From contig JBMNHG010000002.1 of NCBI GenBank assembly GCA_050950285.1, forward strand, positions 436,296-500,295: a stretch of DNA of 64,000 nucleotides, written 5' to 3'. Positions 9,319-19,800 of the stretch are shown here, piece after piece. The notes below the pieces were generated by a model. That model did no database searches. It worked only from the letters and a program-made list of their open reading frames with translations, and had not been told where the DNA came from. The translations under genes and the position numbers were made by a program. Numbering within the stretch: position 1 is the first letter of the stretch; each line of letters opens with the position of its first letter. This DNA comes from Kiritimatiellia bacterium (GTDB lineage Bacteria > Verrucomicrobiota > Kiritimatiellia > RFP12 > JBMNHG01).

Positions 9319-11409
9319 ATGCAAATCGATTCCTATTTCCGACAGGTCTACGCCGCCGTCCTCGGCAAGGTGATCGGCGTCTACATGGGACGCCCCTTCG
9401 AAGGATGGACTCGCGACGCGATCGAAGCGCGCTGGGGCGAAGTCACCCGCTACCTCCACGCAGACCAGAAGGTCCCGCTCGTGGTCGCGGACGACGACAT
9501 CTCGGGCACCTTCACCTTCGTTCGAGCCCTCGAGGATTCGGGCCTCTACGCGGACACTCCCCAGGAGTTCTTCGGCGAAACGTGGCTCAACTATCTCATC
9601 GACCGCCGCACCATCCTCTGGTGGGGCGGCATGGGATGCTCCACCGAACACACCGCGTTCATCCGCCTCCGGCAAGGCGTCAAGCCCCCGCGCTCCGGCT
9701 CGCGTGCGTTGAACGGCCGCGTGGTGTCGGAGCAGATCGGCGCGCAGATCTTCATCGACGCCTTCGGGATGGTCGCTCCCGGCAACCCCCGGCTCGCGAT
9801 GGACCTCGCGGAAAAAGCGGCGCGCGTCTCGCATGACGGCGAAGCCGTCGTCGCCGCGAAGGCCGTCGCCGCCATGGTCTCCCTCGCCTTCGTCGAAAAG
9901 GACATCCACACCATCCTCGACCGCGTGGCGGAGCTGATTCCCGCCGATTCGCTCGTCGCCCGCGTCCATCGCGACGTGCGCGGCTGGGCGCGCGAGGATC
10001 GCGACTGGCGCAAGACCCATGACCGCATCGTCGCGACCTACGGCTACGACCGCTTCGGCGGCGGATGCCACGTGATCCCGAACCATGCGGTGATGGTCCT
10101 GGCGTGGGCATATGCGGGGAACGACTTCTTCGAAGCACAGAAAATCGTCAACACCGCAGGCTGGGACACCGACTGCAACGCCGGCAACGTCGGCACCGTC
10201 TGTGGCTTGATCGCCGGCATCGACCGCCTGGACGAACGCTATCCCTTCCATGCGCACCCCGAGTTCCACGACCGGATGGTGCTGCCCACCGCCGATGGCA
10301 CGGATTCCGTGACGGATTGCCTGCAAGTCGCCCGACACATCGCCCGGATCGGGTGCCGGGTCTCCGGCATCCCCCTCCCTCCCGAACTCGTCCGCACGGC
10401 GTGGCACGACTTCTCCCTCCCGGGCGCCCTGCACGGCTACCAGCCGCTCGACGGCCGCACGACGGTCACCCATTCGCCTCTCTCCGGCGGATCCGCATGC
10501 ATCGCCTTCCGAGCCTCCCCCGGCCACCCCGCCCGCGTCGCGACGCCCATCCTCCACGCCGCCCTGGGCCAAACCGGCTACGCCTGCGTCTCTACGCCCG
10601 TCCTCTGCCACGGGATGGAGGTTGTCGCCGAGGTCGCCTGCGACGAACTCTCCACGCCGGACGTCCACATCGCGCTCCGTGCGCTCTGCGGAATGGCGGA
10701 CGACGCCCCCGCCACCCTCTATTCGTCGGAGCCTGTACGGCTGTGCGCTGGCGGGACGGCACGCCTCCGCTGGACGATCGACACCGACTTCCACCCCGTC
10801 GACATGCTCGAAATCGCCCTGCTGTCCGACACCGGATGCGACGGCACGGTGCGCCTCGTCCAAGTCGAAGCGAAAGGAACCGCGAAGGTCAAGGTGGGAT
10901 TCGACGACTTCCTCGCGAACGGCGCCGTCGAACGCACGCCGGGATGGATTGCCACGGCGGGCGTCCTCGCGGACGCTGCGCGGAAGACCTTCCGCATCGA
11001 CGAAGGCTTCGGATGCCTCGTCACCGGACACCGCGGATGGAAGAAGGTCCGTTCGTCCGCGACGCTGCGCACGCACTGCTCCGATCGCGCAGGGCTCGTC
11101 GTGGGCTATCAGGGACTTCGCCGCCATGTCTCCGTGGCGATCGTCCGCGGACGCCTCCAAGTCGCCCGGAATGCCTACGGCGAGGATATCCTGTTCGATC
11201 ACGCCGCAGGCATCGAAGAGGACACCCCGTTCCATCTGGACGTGGAGGCGGAGGAAGGCGTCGTGCGCGTCCGTCTCGATGGCGGCGAGCCCATCGAAAT
11301 CCGCGATCCCGGCATCCACGCGGGCGGCGCGGGCCTGTGCGTCGAAACCGGCAGCGTCGAGCTTCTGGGAGAACTCACGATCACGGCGGAGACCGCCGCA
11401 CTGCCGTGA
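9319..11409 (+). CDS. ADP-ribosylglycohydrolase family protein, long form with C-terminal beta-rich extension
   Basis: GKVIGVYMGRPFEGW, ADDDI, IGAQIFID, HVIPN, GWDTDCNAGNVG. Confidence 0.88.
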   Translation: MQIDSYFRQVYAAVLGKVIGVYMGRPFEGWTRDAIEARWGEVTRYLHADQKVPLVVADDDISGTFTFVRALEDSGLYADTPQEFFGETWLNYLIDRRTILWWGGMGCSTEHTAFIRLRQGVKPPRSGSRALNGRVVSEQIGAQIFIDAFGMVAPGNPRLAMDLAEKAARVSHDGEAVVAAKAVAAMVSLAFVEKDIHTILDRVAELIPADSLVARVHRDVRGWAREDRDWRKTHDRIVATYGYDRFGGGCHVIPNHAVMVLAWAYAGNDFFEAQKIVNTAGWDTDCNAGNVGTVCGLIAGIDRLDERYPFHAHPEFHDRMVLPTADGTDSVTDCLQVARHIARIGCRVSGIPLPPELVRTAWHDFSLPGALHGYQPLDGRTTVTHSPLSGGSACIAFRASPGHPARVATPILHAALGQTGYACVSTPVLCHGMEVVAEVACDELSTPDVHIALRALCGMADDAPATLYSSEPVRLCAGGTARLRWTIDTDFHPVDMLEIALLSDTGCDGTVRLVQVEAKGTAKVKVGFDDFLANGAVERTPGWIATAGVLADAARKTFRIDEGFGCLVTGHRGWKKVRSSATLRTHCSDRAGLVVGYQGLRRHVSVAIVRGRLQVARNAYGEDILFDHAAGIEEDTPFHLDVEAEEGVVRVRLDGGEPIEIRDPGIHAGGAGLCVETGSVELLGELTITAETAALP

Positions 11410-11505
11410 TCCGATTCCATGCGGCACGGGATGAAGACCGATGGCGGCCAGCCCGAAGTTCCAGCGGCTCTTTCAGGCCCTGAACGACCGTATTTCCTTG
11501 ATTTA

Positions 11506-11655
11506 CGAACCCGGCCACAAATAGCGCTGCGCACGGAGATTCAGGCATTGGGAGCTGGAATTGGGAGTTGGGAAAGGGGCATGGACATTCCTGTCCGTGT
11601 CACGGGTTGGAAAACCCGTGCCCCTGTTTTGTAGTATGAATTGTGGCCGGGTTAG
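11506..11655 (+). mobile_element. 150-bp MITE-like element, copy 1 (TIRs CGAACCCGGCCACAA / TTGTGGCCGGGTTAG, flanked by TA)
   Basis: Terminal inverted repeats with TA on both sides; near-identical inverted copy at 20615-20764. Confidence 0.85.
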
Positions 11656-11903
11656 TAGGTTGCGCTGAAAAGTCGGGCGGCAGCCCCGGCCTTGCCCGTG
11701 ACTGCCGCTTCGGTTACAATCTCCGCCAGAGACAGCGGGGACGGCCATGCTCAACCACGTTTCCATCAGCCACACAGAGTGCCTTTTGGGAAACCGCCAA
11801 GACGCCAGGAGCGCCAGGCGGGAGGAGTATGTGGCGGGTGCGCCCAACCGACACGCGCTCATCTCAAATCATGTTCATACCGCCCCACGCCTTCCCGCCA
11901 ACA

Positions 11904-12090
11904 TGCCCGGCAAGGTCAGGCTCTCGGCGGAGACGGGCGGCCGGCGCATCCGGCTCTGGGAGAACGCCGACCGCACCGGCGAGGTGGTTCTGCCGAAGGA
12001 GTGGAACTCCGCGACGAACGTCCCTTCGTCTGCACGAACAGTTTGACGCCCATCAAGCTGAAGGTGGAGCCGGACGACCTGCCCGGCAAG
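11904..12090 (+). pseudogene. Short coding fragment of a large modular protein bounded by 11-bp direct repeats TGCCCGGCAAG
   Basis: Direct repeats at 11904-11914 and 12080-12090; joining the ends gives the continuous peptide LTPIKLKVEPDDLPGKVRLSAETGGRRIRLWENADRTGEVVLPKEWN. Confidence 0.55.
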
Positions 12091-12522
12091 CTTGTCGCCA
12101 TAGCGGGTTTTTATCAGCGCCTCGTGAATCTGCTGCGGACATCCGTTGCCGGCGAAGGCGGCGAAGGCACGCGAGAATGTTGCCTCCGAGGGAACTTCAC
12201 CGAGCGTCTCCCATCCGCACAACCGGCGCAGGGCCGGACAATGGCGGATGGCGTCGATCAGGTCGCGCGTGGTTGCGTAGTCCCAGACTGCCTTGGCAAT
12301 GAACGCCTTGCACAACGCCAGCCGATCGTGCGGCGGGCAGCCGTTGCTAATCCAGCGATAGGCCCCCATGTGATCCTGAGGAGCACACAACTCGCAGACC
12401 GCGACGAACAGGCGTTGCTTCTCATCAAGCTCGCCGATCTCGTCCTCCAGCATCGGGAAGAGCCAGGACTGGATGCTGTTCCACAACGGACCTATCGGTG
12501 TGCGATGTCGCTTTTCCTGCAT
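12080..12522 (-). pseudogene. Truncated DDE transposase (N-terminal DUF772-type domain; IS5/IS1182-like), broken before the first catalytic Asp
   Basis: WNSIQSWLFPMLEDEIGEL...PPHDRLALCKAFIAKAVW...LRRLCGWE...VPSEATFSRAF...IHEALIKTRYGDKLAG, then similarity is lost. Confidence 0.8.
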
Positions 12523-12631
12523 GAGTTTCCGTATCCTTTCCGGGCGTCAAGCCTGTTTGCCTGGATGGCCGGCATATCATGACATGTTGCGCTGCAACAA
12601 TCTACAACAAAATTGAGGAAGAGGGGGGGGG

Positions 12632-12660
12632 TAGACAAAAGCTCCGGAATATGCGACGAT
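12632..12660 (+). promoter_or_regulatory. Putative sigma70 promoter (TAGACA-N17-GACGAT with TG extension) for the 12838 gene
   Basis: Correct spacing; directly preceded by a G9 run (12623-12631). Confidence 0.4.
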
Positions 12661-12837
12661 TTACCTGTCGTTTTGGGCGTGGCATGGTGTTGCGCAGAAA
12701 GCGATGTGGCGTAAGCTGAAGCGTCGTGCCTGCCCGCTGGGGAGCGCGGGACGGTTCACTTACAAAAACGCCCCGCGCGCAGGCCGTCAGGCGCTGCGAA
12801 GCGGGGGGTTTTGCAAGAGCCTCAGGAGGCTAAGACA

Positions 12838-14685
12838 ATGACCATGAAATCCATTCTCAGCGTATGCCGCAACCGAGGTCTGGCGGTGTCCATCGGATTG
12901 GCCGTGTGTTCGGTCGCTGTAGCCGACACCGAATTGCAGTGGACGGGGGCGGCCGGAAACGGATACATCGACGACAAGGACAACTGGGGCGGAACCTACG
13001 CCCCGATCTACGACTCGACAAGCGACGGGTATTACGGTAATTTCAGATTTCAGACGGGGAAGACGCTCAGCATCGGCGTCTCCGCAGATGTCCGCCTGGA
13101 CCGTCTCTATTTCCAGAACACGCAGAACGCGACCTTCAACTTCGACTTCACCGGGCATACGGTTTCGTTCCAGGGTTTCAAGAACTATCCGTTCTCGACG
13201 CATAATACGTGTTCGGGCAATATCTATAACTTTCTCGGTGGTACCTTCTGCTTCGACGGGCAGCGCCATACGATTTCATTCAGTGATTCGTCCGCGACCG
13301 TGACACTTGGTTCAAACGCTGTCCTGAGCGGGAGACCGGAATTCTTATTTTCCGCTAAGACGAGTTCAGGATTATTCAAAGTCCAGCCGGGGTACCAAGG
13401 GCGCTTCTATATTAACGCCAACGCCGATACTTCTGTAATCGTTGAGGGCGTGGATCGTTCGACCAGTATCACAAACCAGAAGGACAACACCGCGTGGAAG
13501 TTGTCTGGTGATGTTGATTTTGGTTCGGCGTGCCTGGGCGGTTGCGGCCTGTGGACGGGGTACGGGGCCTTTGGACATCGCCAATCCATCTCGAATGCGT
13601 TCATCGATGTCCAGGGTACTTTGGGCCATGGCTATACGACGGCGGCCTCGAACAACTTCGTACGTATATTCGCCGGGACGGAGATGATTCTTCAGCAGCC
13701 GGGCAACACGAAGTACGCCTATGCGGCCGGATATCAGGGGTGTTCTAATGCCGTCGAGATCGCGGGAGTTGGGACGCAGGTGACCCTTGTCGGCACGGAC
13801 TGGACGCTCGCCGGCATTGCCTGCGGCGTGATGGGTGATCGGAACTTCCTGCACATCACGGATCGGTCGCAGATCGACATCGGTAACACCTCGCTGATGA
13901 TCGGCAACCCGAAGGGGTTGTTGAATCGTGGACGCTCCGTGGGCAACCGTATCGTCATTGACGGGGGCGCCCGTGTGTCCAGCGGTCCGATCTGGGTCGG
14001 GTGCGCGGCGAATCGAAACGACCGTGCCTACAATGGTACGCAGAGCGACAGCCACACCTACAACTGGAGCGCGGACGGAACGCCGACGACGGATGCCGAC
14101 ATGACGATCGCCGTTAGCTCGAATGCGGTTGTCTTCGCCGGGCACACGACAACGGGGGTGGTCGGACACGTCTATGTCAGCGTGGATACTGATTACAGAC
14201 TCCCAACGCTCACGGATGCCAATGGCGTCGAGGTGCGGGACGGAGCAACCGTGCAAGTTTCCGGCAACGTGTCCGTCGGCTTGCAGGGAGAGGACAATTA
14301 CCTGACCGTGGCCAATGGCGGCTGTCTCGAAGCGAATACGCTCACGTTCGGCGCGAACTCCGTGCTCAATTTCGTTCTGACCGATGACATGTCGACCGAG
14401 GCCCCGATCCGCACGCGCAACGCCGACTATAATCTGGTTCTGAACGGTGCTCCTCGGATCGTCATCGACACGACGGAACTGACGGCAAACCGTGTGCAGA
14501 CCCTGCTGGCGACGAGAACCGCCGGCAAAACCGTCAATCTGGATGACGGAGCCCTGGCGACGATGAACGCGAATCTTCAGGTCATCGGAAGGGGCACGGC
14601 GGAACTGGTGCTGCAGGATGCCGGAACGCGGCTCGTGGCCAGGCTTCGCGGCATGTCTTCGGGCATGGCGGTCCTTGTCCGTTGA
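12838..14685 (+). CDS. Secreted beta-strand-repeat (passenger-like) protein ending in GMAVLVR
   Basis: AGGAGG RBS, signal peptide (..LAVCSVAVA-D), WTGAAGNG..NW start, repeated G-x(4)-N-hydrophobic strands; visibly more AT-rich codon usage than neighbours. Confidence 0.8.
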   Translation: MTMKSILSVCRNRGLAVSIGLAVCSVAVADTELQWTGAAGNGYIDDKDNWGGTYAPIYDSTSDGYYGNFRFQTGKTLSIGVSADVRLDRLYFQNTQNATFNFDFTGHTVSFQGFKNYPFSTHNTCSGNIYNFLGGTFCFDGQRHTISFSDSSATVTLGSNAVLSGRPEFLFSAKTSSGLFKVQPGYQGRFYINANADTSVIVEGVDRSTSITNQKDNTAWKLSGDVDFGSACLGGCGLWTGYGAFGHRQSISNAFIDVQGTLGHGYTTAASNNFVRIFAGTEMILQQPGNTKYAYAAGYQGCSNAVEIAGVGTQVTLVGTDWTLAGIACGVMGDRNFLHITDRSQIDIGNTSLMIGNPKGLLNRGRSVGNRIVIDGGARVSSGPIWVGCAANRNDRAYNGTQSDSHTYNWSADGTPTTDADMTIAVSSNAVVFAGHTTTGVVGHVYVSVDTDYRLPTLTDANGVEVRDGATVQVSGNVSVGLQGEDNYLTVANGGCLEANTLTFGANSVLNFVLTDDMSTEAPIRTRNADYNLVLNGAPRIVIDTTELTANRVQTLLATRTAGKTVNLDDGALATMNANLQVIGRGTAELVLQDAGTRLVARLRGMSSGMAVLVR

Positions 14686-14713
14686 TCAGCATAACCGAGA
14701 GAGGGGACACGAA

Positions 14714-16837
14714 ATGAAACAGGCAACGGTGACATTGCTCCTGACCGGCTTGTGCGCGCAGGGGTTCGGGGCGGACAGGGTCTTCGTGAACTGGCAGGAT
14801 CTGCCGGCGGCGAAGATGCTCCAGATGGAGATGCTCGAACGCGGCGAAGCGTTCCCGGAACTCGAGATCGTCAACAGCTACGTCTGGGCGAAGCAGAAGG
14901 GGCTCGGCTTCCTCTGCGCGGCGGGAGCAACAACGCCGGCGGGGTTCACCGACGTGCCCGTGGCCTTGAACGGGACGATTCCCTACGTGACGAAGTCCGG
15001 CGCGACGAACCGGTTGACGATCGCCCAGGTGCGGACGGAGATCGTGGCGAAGGAACAGTGTCTGTTGACGGACGTGGAGATGCCGCTTCGCTCGCTGCTG
15101 CGCGCGGATGGCGGCTACGACTACGTGCCGTACGGCACGAGCGGCGGACGCGGTGTGAACCGCCTCGGTTTCGACCAGTTCGGCGGCATTCTTGCCGCTG
15201 GCGAGTTCGAGAAGAAGCCCGGTCTCGTCTTCCGCACGAAAACCGACGCGGGCCGCGCATTCGGCGCGGCGCTCGCCGAGGCGGCCAATCGTCTTGGCCC
15301 CGAGCGGCTTCTGAAGCTCGACTACTACCCGATCGAGGCCCGCTATCCGCAGAAGACGGCGCCGGACCGCAAGTTCGTCTACGCCCACGCAATGCAGTGC
15401 TTTCTGCTCGGCGGCGTGCCGGAAGGCTTCGCGCATTCTTATCCCTCGGACGCGAAGACGGAGGACTTCGACACCTGGCCGCCGGCTCCCGGTCCGGGGG
15501 TCCGCACCTGGTGGAGCGAGCGCCTGACGCCGTTCGTCCATCAGCCGACGCTCGCGGCCGCCCGGCTGGACCTCGACTGCGCGCAGAAGGCGGGACTCGA
15601 CGCGATGGGCATTCTCATCTATCCCGGCTGTCTCAGCGAGGACAACCCGTGGCACGGCGGCATCGAGCGGATGTGCGCGGCGGCCGAGACGCATCCGGTG
15701 AAGATCTTCCTCGATCTCTGGGGGACGTTCCCCCGGACGTGGACGTGCGAGGCGAAGACGCTCTACACCGCCGAGCACGGGCGGCTGCTGAAGGCGCTGT
15801 TCGACCGCTATCCGAAGGCGTGGCTGCGCGTCAATGGCAAGATCGCCTTCCAGTTCGGACGCGATCAGGTGGAATACGGACAGCGCGCGTCGGACTACCA
15901 GGCCTTCTGGCAGGCGCTCGGGGGACGCGGCAACTACTATCTCGTCTGCACGCTGATGGACAGCCGCGCGCACAACTTCTTCAACGGCTGGGAGCAGTTC
16001 GGCGATCTCTCCACGTTCTGGTGCGTGCACTGCGGCTGGGGCGACAAGAACGTCGACTGGGTGCTCGATCCGATTCGGAAGGCCCGCAACGACCGGCTCT
16101 CCTGGGGCGTCTCGCGCGGCTACAGCCGCGCGAACTTCGGCAACACCATCGATGCGGGCTGCCTGACGGAGGGCTTCGGCGCCTGCCGGTTCATCGACAA
16201 CTGGCTGGAGGCGATCGACCGCGACTGCGCGGCCGTCTACGTGCAGAGCTGGAATGACATGGGCGAGGATCATCACATCCTCGAATCGAACTTCCTGGGG
16301 GACAGCTTCATCCGCCTCGACCGCCATCTCGCCGACTGGTTCCGGGCGGGACACGAGCCCGCGGTCGGCGAGGAGAAGCTCCTGATGTTCCACCGCCGCC
16401 ATCTGGTCGATGCGGAGATGGAGACGCATCCCGGACGGGATCCGCAGCATCCTTCCTGGACGAGCGCGCCGCTCTGCGACTACGTGCACGTCGTCTCGCT
16501 TCTGAAGAGGCCGGGCGATCTCGAGCTGACGCTCGGCGACGAGACCCTCCGTCTCGCGAATGTCGGTGCGGGCCTCCGCGACTGGCTGGTCGTCGTGCCG
16601 CGCACGAAGGACCACGGCGGCAACCAGCCGTACTGGAACGAGGGCAGCTACGAGAAGACGATGCCTTTCGATACGGACCGCCGGCGCGTGACGACCGTCC
16701 GGGCGATCCCCGCCTGCACACCTGTCGCGCGTCTTTCGCGGGACGGTCGGCCGGATCTCGAGGTCGTCAGCCGCACGGGCATCGCGGACCGGTTCCGGTT
16801 CCACTGCTTCGCCGTCATCGGGAGCGTGTCAAAATGA
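14714..16837 (+). CDS. Secreted GH71/GH99-like glycoside hydrolase (alpha-1,3-glucanase-like)
   Basis: Signal peptide MKQATVTLLLTGLCAQGFG; KFVYAHAM, LDLDCAQKAGLDAM, WLRVNGK, VQSWNDMGEDHHI (GH71-type WND-x-GE motif). Confidence 0.65.
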   Translation: MKQATVTLLLTGLCAQGFGADRVFVNWQDLPAAKMLQMEMLERGEAFPELEIVNSYVWAKQKGLGFLCAAGATTPAGFTDVPVALNGTIPYVTKSGATNRLTIAQVRTEIVAKEQCLLTDVEMPLRSLLRADGGYDYVPYGTSGGRGVNRLGFDQFGGILAAGEFEKKPGLVFRTKTDAGRAFGAALAEAANRLGPERLLKLDYYPIEARYPQKTAPDRKFVYAHAMQCFLLGGVPEGFAHSYPSDAKTEDFDTWPPAPGPGVRTWWSERLTPFVHQPTLAAARLDLDCAQKAGLDAMGILIYPGCLSEDNPWHGGIERMCAAAETHPVKIFLDLWGTFPRTWTCEAKTLYTAEHGRLLKALFDRYPKAWLRVNGKIAFQFGRDQVEYGQRASDYQAFWQALGGRGNYYLVCTLMDSRAHNFFNGWEQFGDLSTFWCVHCGWGDKNVDWVLDPIRKARNDRLSWGVSRGYSRANFGNTIDAGCLTEGFGACRFIDNWLEAIDRDCAAVYVQSWNDMGEDHHILESNFLGDSFIRLDRHLADWFRAGHEPAVGEEKLLMFHRRHLVDAEMETHPGRDPQHPSWTSAPLCDYVHVVSLLKRPGDLELTLGDETLRLANVGAGLRDWLVVVPRTKDHGGNQPYWNEGSYEKTMPFDTDRRRVTTVRAIPACTPVARLSRDGRPDLEVVSRTGIADRFRFHCFAVIGSVSK

Positions 16838-19800
16838 AGATCAGCTTTCCCCGCGCATCGGGTCTCGCCGCCGCGGCTTCGGCCGCGGAACCCTTCATGC
16901 AGATCAGGTTCGATTCGTCGCAGACGGATCCGGACCGGTGGCCGGCGGCGCGGGAGGCGCTGAAGGCCAATCCGGGCTGCGCGGACGAGGTCTGGTTCTC
17001 GACCGGCTGCGGCTACCCGGCGCTGGACTGGCATCGGCGGCAGAGCGCGCGGTGCGCGGCCGCCGCGGAGGACATGCGGCGGCTGGGCATCGTGCCCTCG
17101 CTCCAGATCCAGATGACGGTGGGGCACGGGGACTTCCCGGACTTGATGACCCCGGCTCGGCTCGAGGCGAAGACCTGGCGCGGGTTCACGGGGTCGAACG
17201 GCGTGGTGTGCGTCGCCTGCAGCTGTCCGCGCGATCCGGCGTTCCTGGACTATTTCGAGGAGCTCTCCGAGATCTACGCCGCGTGGAAGCCGTACTGCGT
17301 GTGGATCGACGACGACCTGCGGATGACGAACCACCGGCCCGTCTCGCTGTGGGTCACGCGGCAGACGGATCCCTACGGCTGCTTCTGTGCGCGCTGCCGC
17401 GGCGATTACGAGAAGGTGAAGGACCGCATGAGCTGGCGCGAGTTCTCCGACCGTTCGCTCGCCGCCGTCGCCGGCCGCATCGCTGCGGCGTTCTGCCGGA
17501 TTTCGCCGGGGACGCGCTTCGGTCTTCAGGGGTGCGGCGACGACGCGCGGCTCGTGCTGGCCGAGCTCGAGCGCGTGTCGGGGCACCCCGTCTCCTACCG
17601 GTCGCCGGGCTGCTACTACTACGACTGGGACGATCCGCGGATCAAGATCCGCGATGCGCTGAGCACGTGGCGCTTCGTCGTCAACCAGGGCGAGGAGGCC
17701 TGGCGGCGGATGGACCGCGTCTGCACGGAGATCGAGACCGCGCCGCGGTTCTTCTCCTGCCGCGGCGCGACGTCGCTCGTGATGCAGTCGATGACGACGA
17801 TCGCCCTCGGCATGAATTCGATGAGCTACTTCATCACGTCCTCCCGGGAGGATCCGTCGCTCTGCCGCGACCGCCTCTACCCGGCGCTGGCGCGGACGGC
17901 CCCGGACATGAAGGCGTACGCGGCGGCGAACGCGGGAACCGTCTCCTGCGGCTTCGGCCTCGAGGAGAATCCGACGCCGTGGCCGTGGCGTCTGCCGTTC
18001 TACGGCGTGCCGCTCGTGACGGGATTCTCGCGCGAGATCGGCCGGATCGTGACCCTGGCGTCCGGCGGACAGCCGCCCGACGGCTCGGTCATGGAGCGGG
18101 AGATCGCCCTCGCACGCGGCGTGACGAGTTCCGTCGAGAGGGTCGAGCTGCCGGACGGCCGGCGGTACGCCGTGCTGCAGACGCCGTTCCTCGACAACAG
18201 CGCGGTCGACATGGCGCGGTTCGGGGAGGTGCAGGAGCTCTTCGCCTGGGCGTCGCACGACCGTACGCCGATCGTTCTCCGCACGCCGGCTCGCGTCTCG
18301 GTCTTCCCCCGCACGACGCCGGACGGCAGGCTCCGGACCGTGCTCGTGCAGAGCGCCGAGCTGGACGAGACGCCGGCTCTTGTCTTCAGGCTGAACGGAC
18401 TCGATCCGTCGGCGGACGCCGTGCGCTGGCATGAAACGGGAGGGGCGTCCGGAACGGCGCTGCTCGACCGTCGGGCCGACGGGACGTTCGTGACGATTCC
18501 GCCGATCGGGTGCTTCGGGTCGATCTGGTTCGAGGTCGTCTCCACGCGCACGCTCTCCACCGCGCCGTCCTACGAACTCCACAACATCGTGCCGATGTGG
18601 CTCGGCCACGAGGCGGAGCAGGCCTCGAAGGCCGTCGACCTGGCGGCGCGGACGGGGGTGCGTCTGTCGCTGTACTCGCTGTCGCTTCATCCGGAGGGCC
18701 GCCCCGCGCAGGCGAAGGCCGATCGCCTGATCGACAGCTACCGGGCCTATGCGCGCGCGCTGAAGGGCACGGACGTCCGCGTCGGCGTGCTCGTGCAGTC
18801 CATCCTCGGGCACTGGCCCCGCAACGACCGGGAGATCGAGCCGTGGACGCGGACGATCGACCAGGACGGCAGGGCGGTGCGGTTCTGCCCGCTCGACCCT
18901 GGCTTCGGCGCCTACATCGACCGCGTCTTCACGGAACTGGCGTGCGAGCGGCCAGCGTTCATCCTGACGGACGACGACATCCGCGCGTACTCGCACGGCT
19001 GCGAGTGCTTCTGTCCCCGTCACGTGGCGCTCTTCAACGCGCGGCGCGGCACCTCCTACGATGCGGACGGACTGCGCGCCGCGGTGGCGACCGGAAAACC
19101 GGGCGAGGCGGACTACGACGCGTTCCTCGCTCTGCAGCGCGAGATGATCGAGGAGCATGTCGTCGGGCGCATCCGCCGCGCGATCGACGCCGTCGATCCG
19201 ACGATTCCGGCCGGTGTCTGCATCGCCGGGGAGGAGCATTTCTTCGCCGGGAACCTGGCGCGGCGGATGGCGGCGAAGGGGCAGCGCCCGATCATGCGGT
19301 GCGGCACGGGCTGCTACTTCGAACGCCTGACGGGCGAACGATTCCCGCCGAGCGTGCTGCGTCAGCTGGCCTTCGCCGAGGCGTTCCGCGGGGAGGGGAT
19401 CGGCCTCCTGGACGAGGCGGACACCTGTCCGCACAACCTCTGGTCGAAGTCGAGCCGGGCCTTCTTCACGCATCTGGCCACCTCCGCCTTCGCCGGTTAC
19501 GCGGGCGCGAAGACGTGGTTCGTGAATGCCGTGAAGGGGTCGGGCGTTCCCGTCTCGCGTGCGTATACGGACGTTCTGGCCGGGCATCGCGATTTTCTTT
19601 CCGTGCTGTCTGACGCCGTCTCGGGGTCGGCCTTCCGAGGCCTGATGGCGCCGTGCTTCACGCGGCCGAAGAACTGGCACATGACGCGCGAGCACGGCGA
19701 GTTCTTCGTCGAGGAGAACGTCTGCACGAACCTGGCGGTCGCGTTCGGCGTGCCGATGGGCGTCTCGCGTGACTTCGGTTCCCGGGAGAACGTCTTCGCG

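Noticed and set aside
12806..12823. GGTTTTGCAAGAGCCTC as the terminal inverted repeat of the truncated IS
   Set aside because: It resembles IS5-group ends, but I found no partner repeat on the other side of the transposase, so element boundaries cannot be supported.
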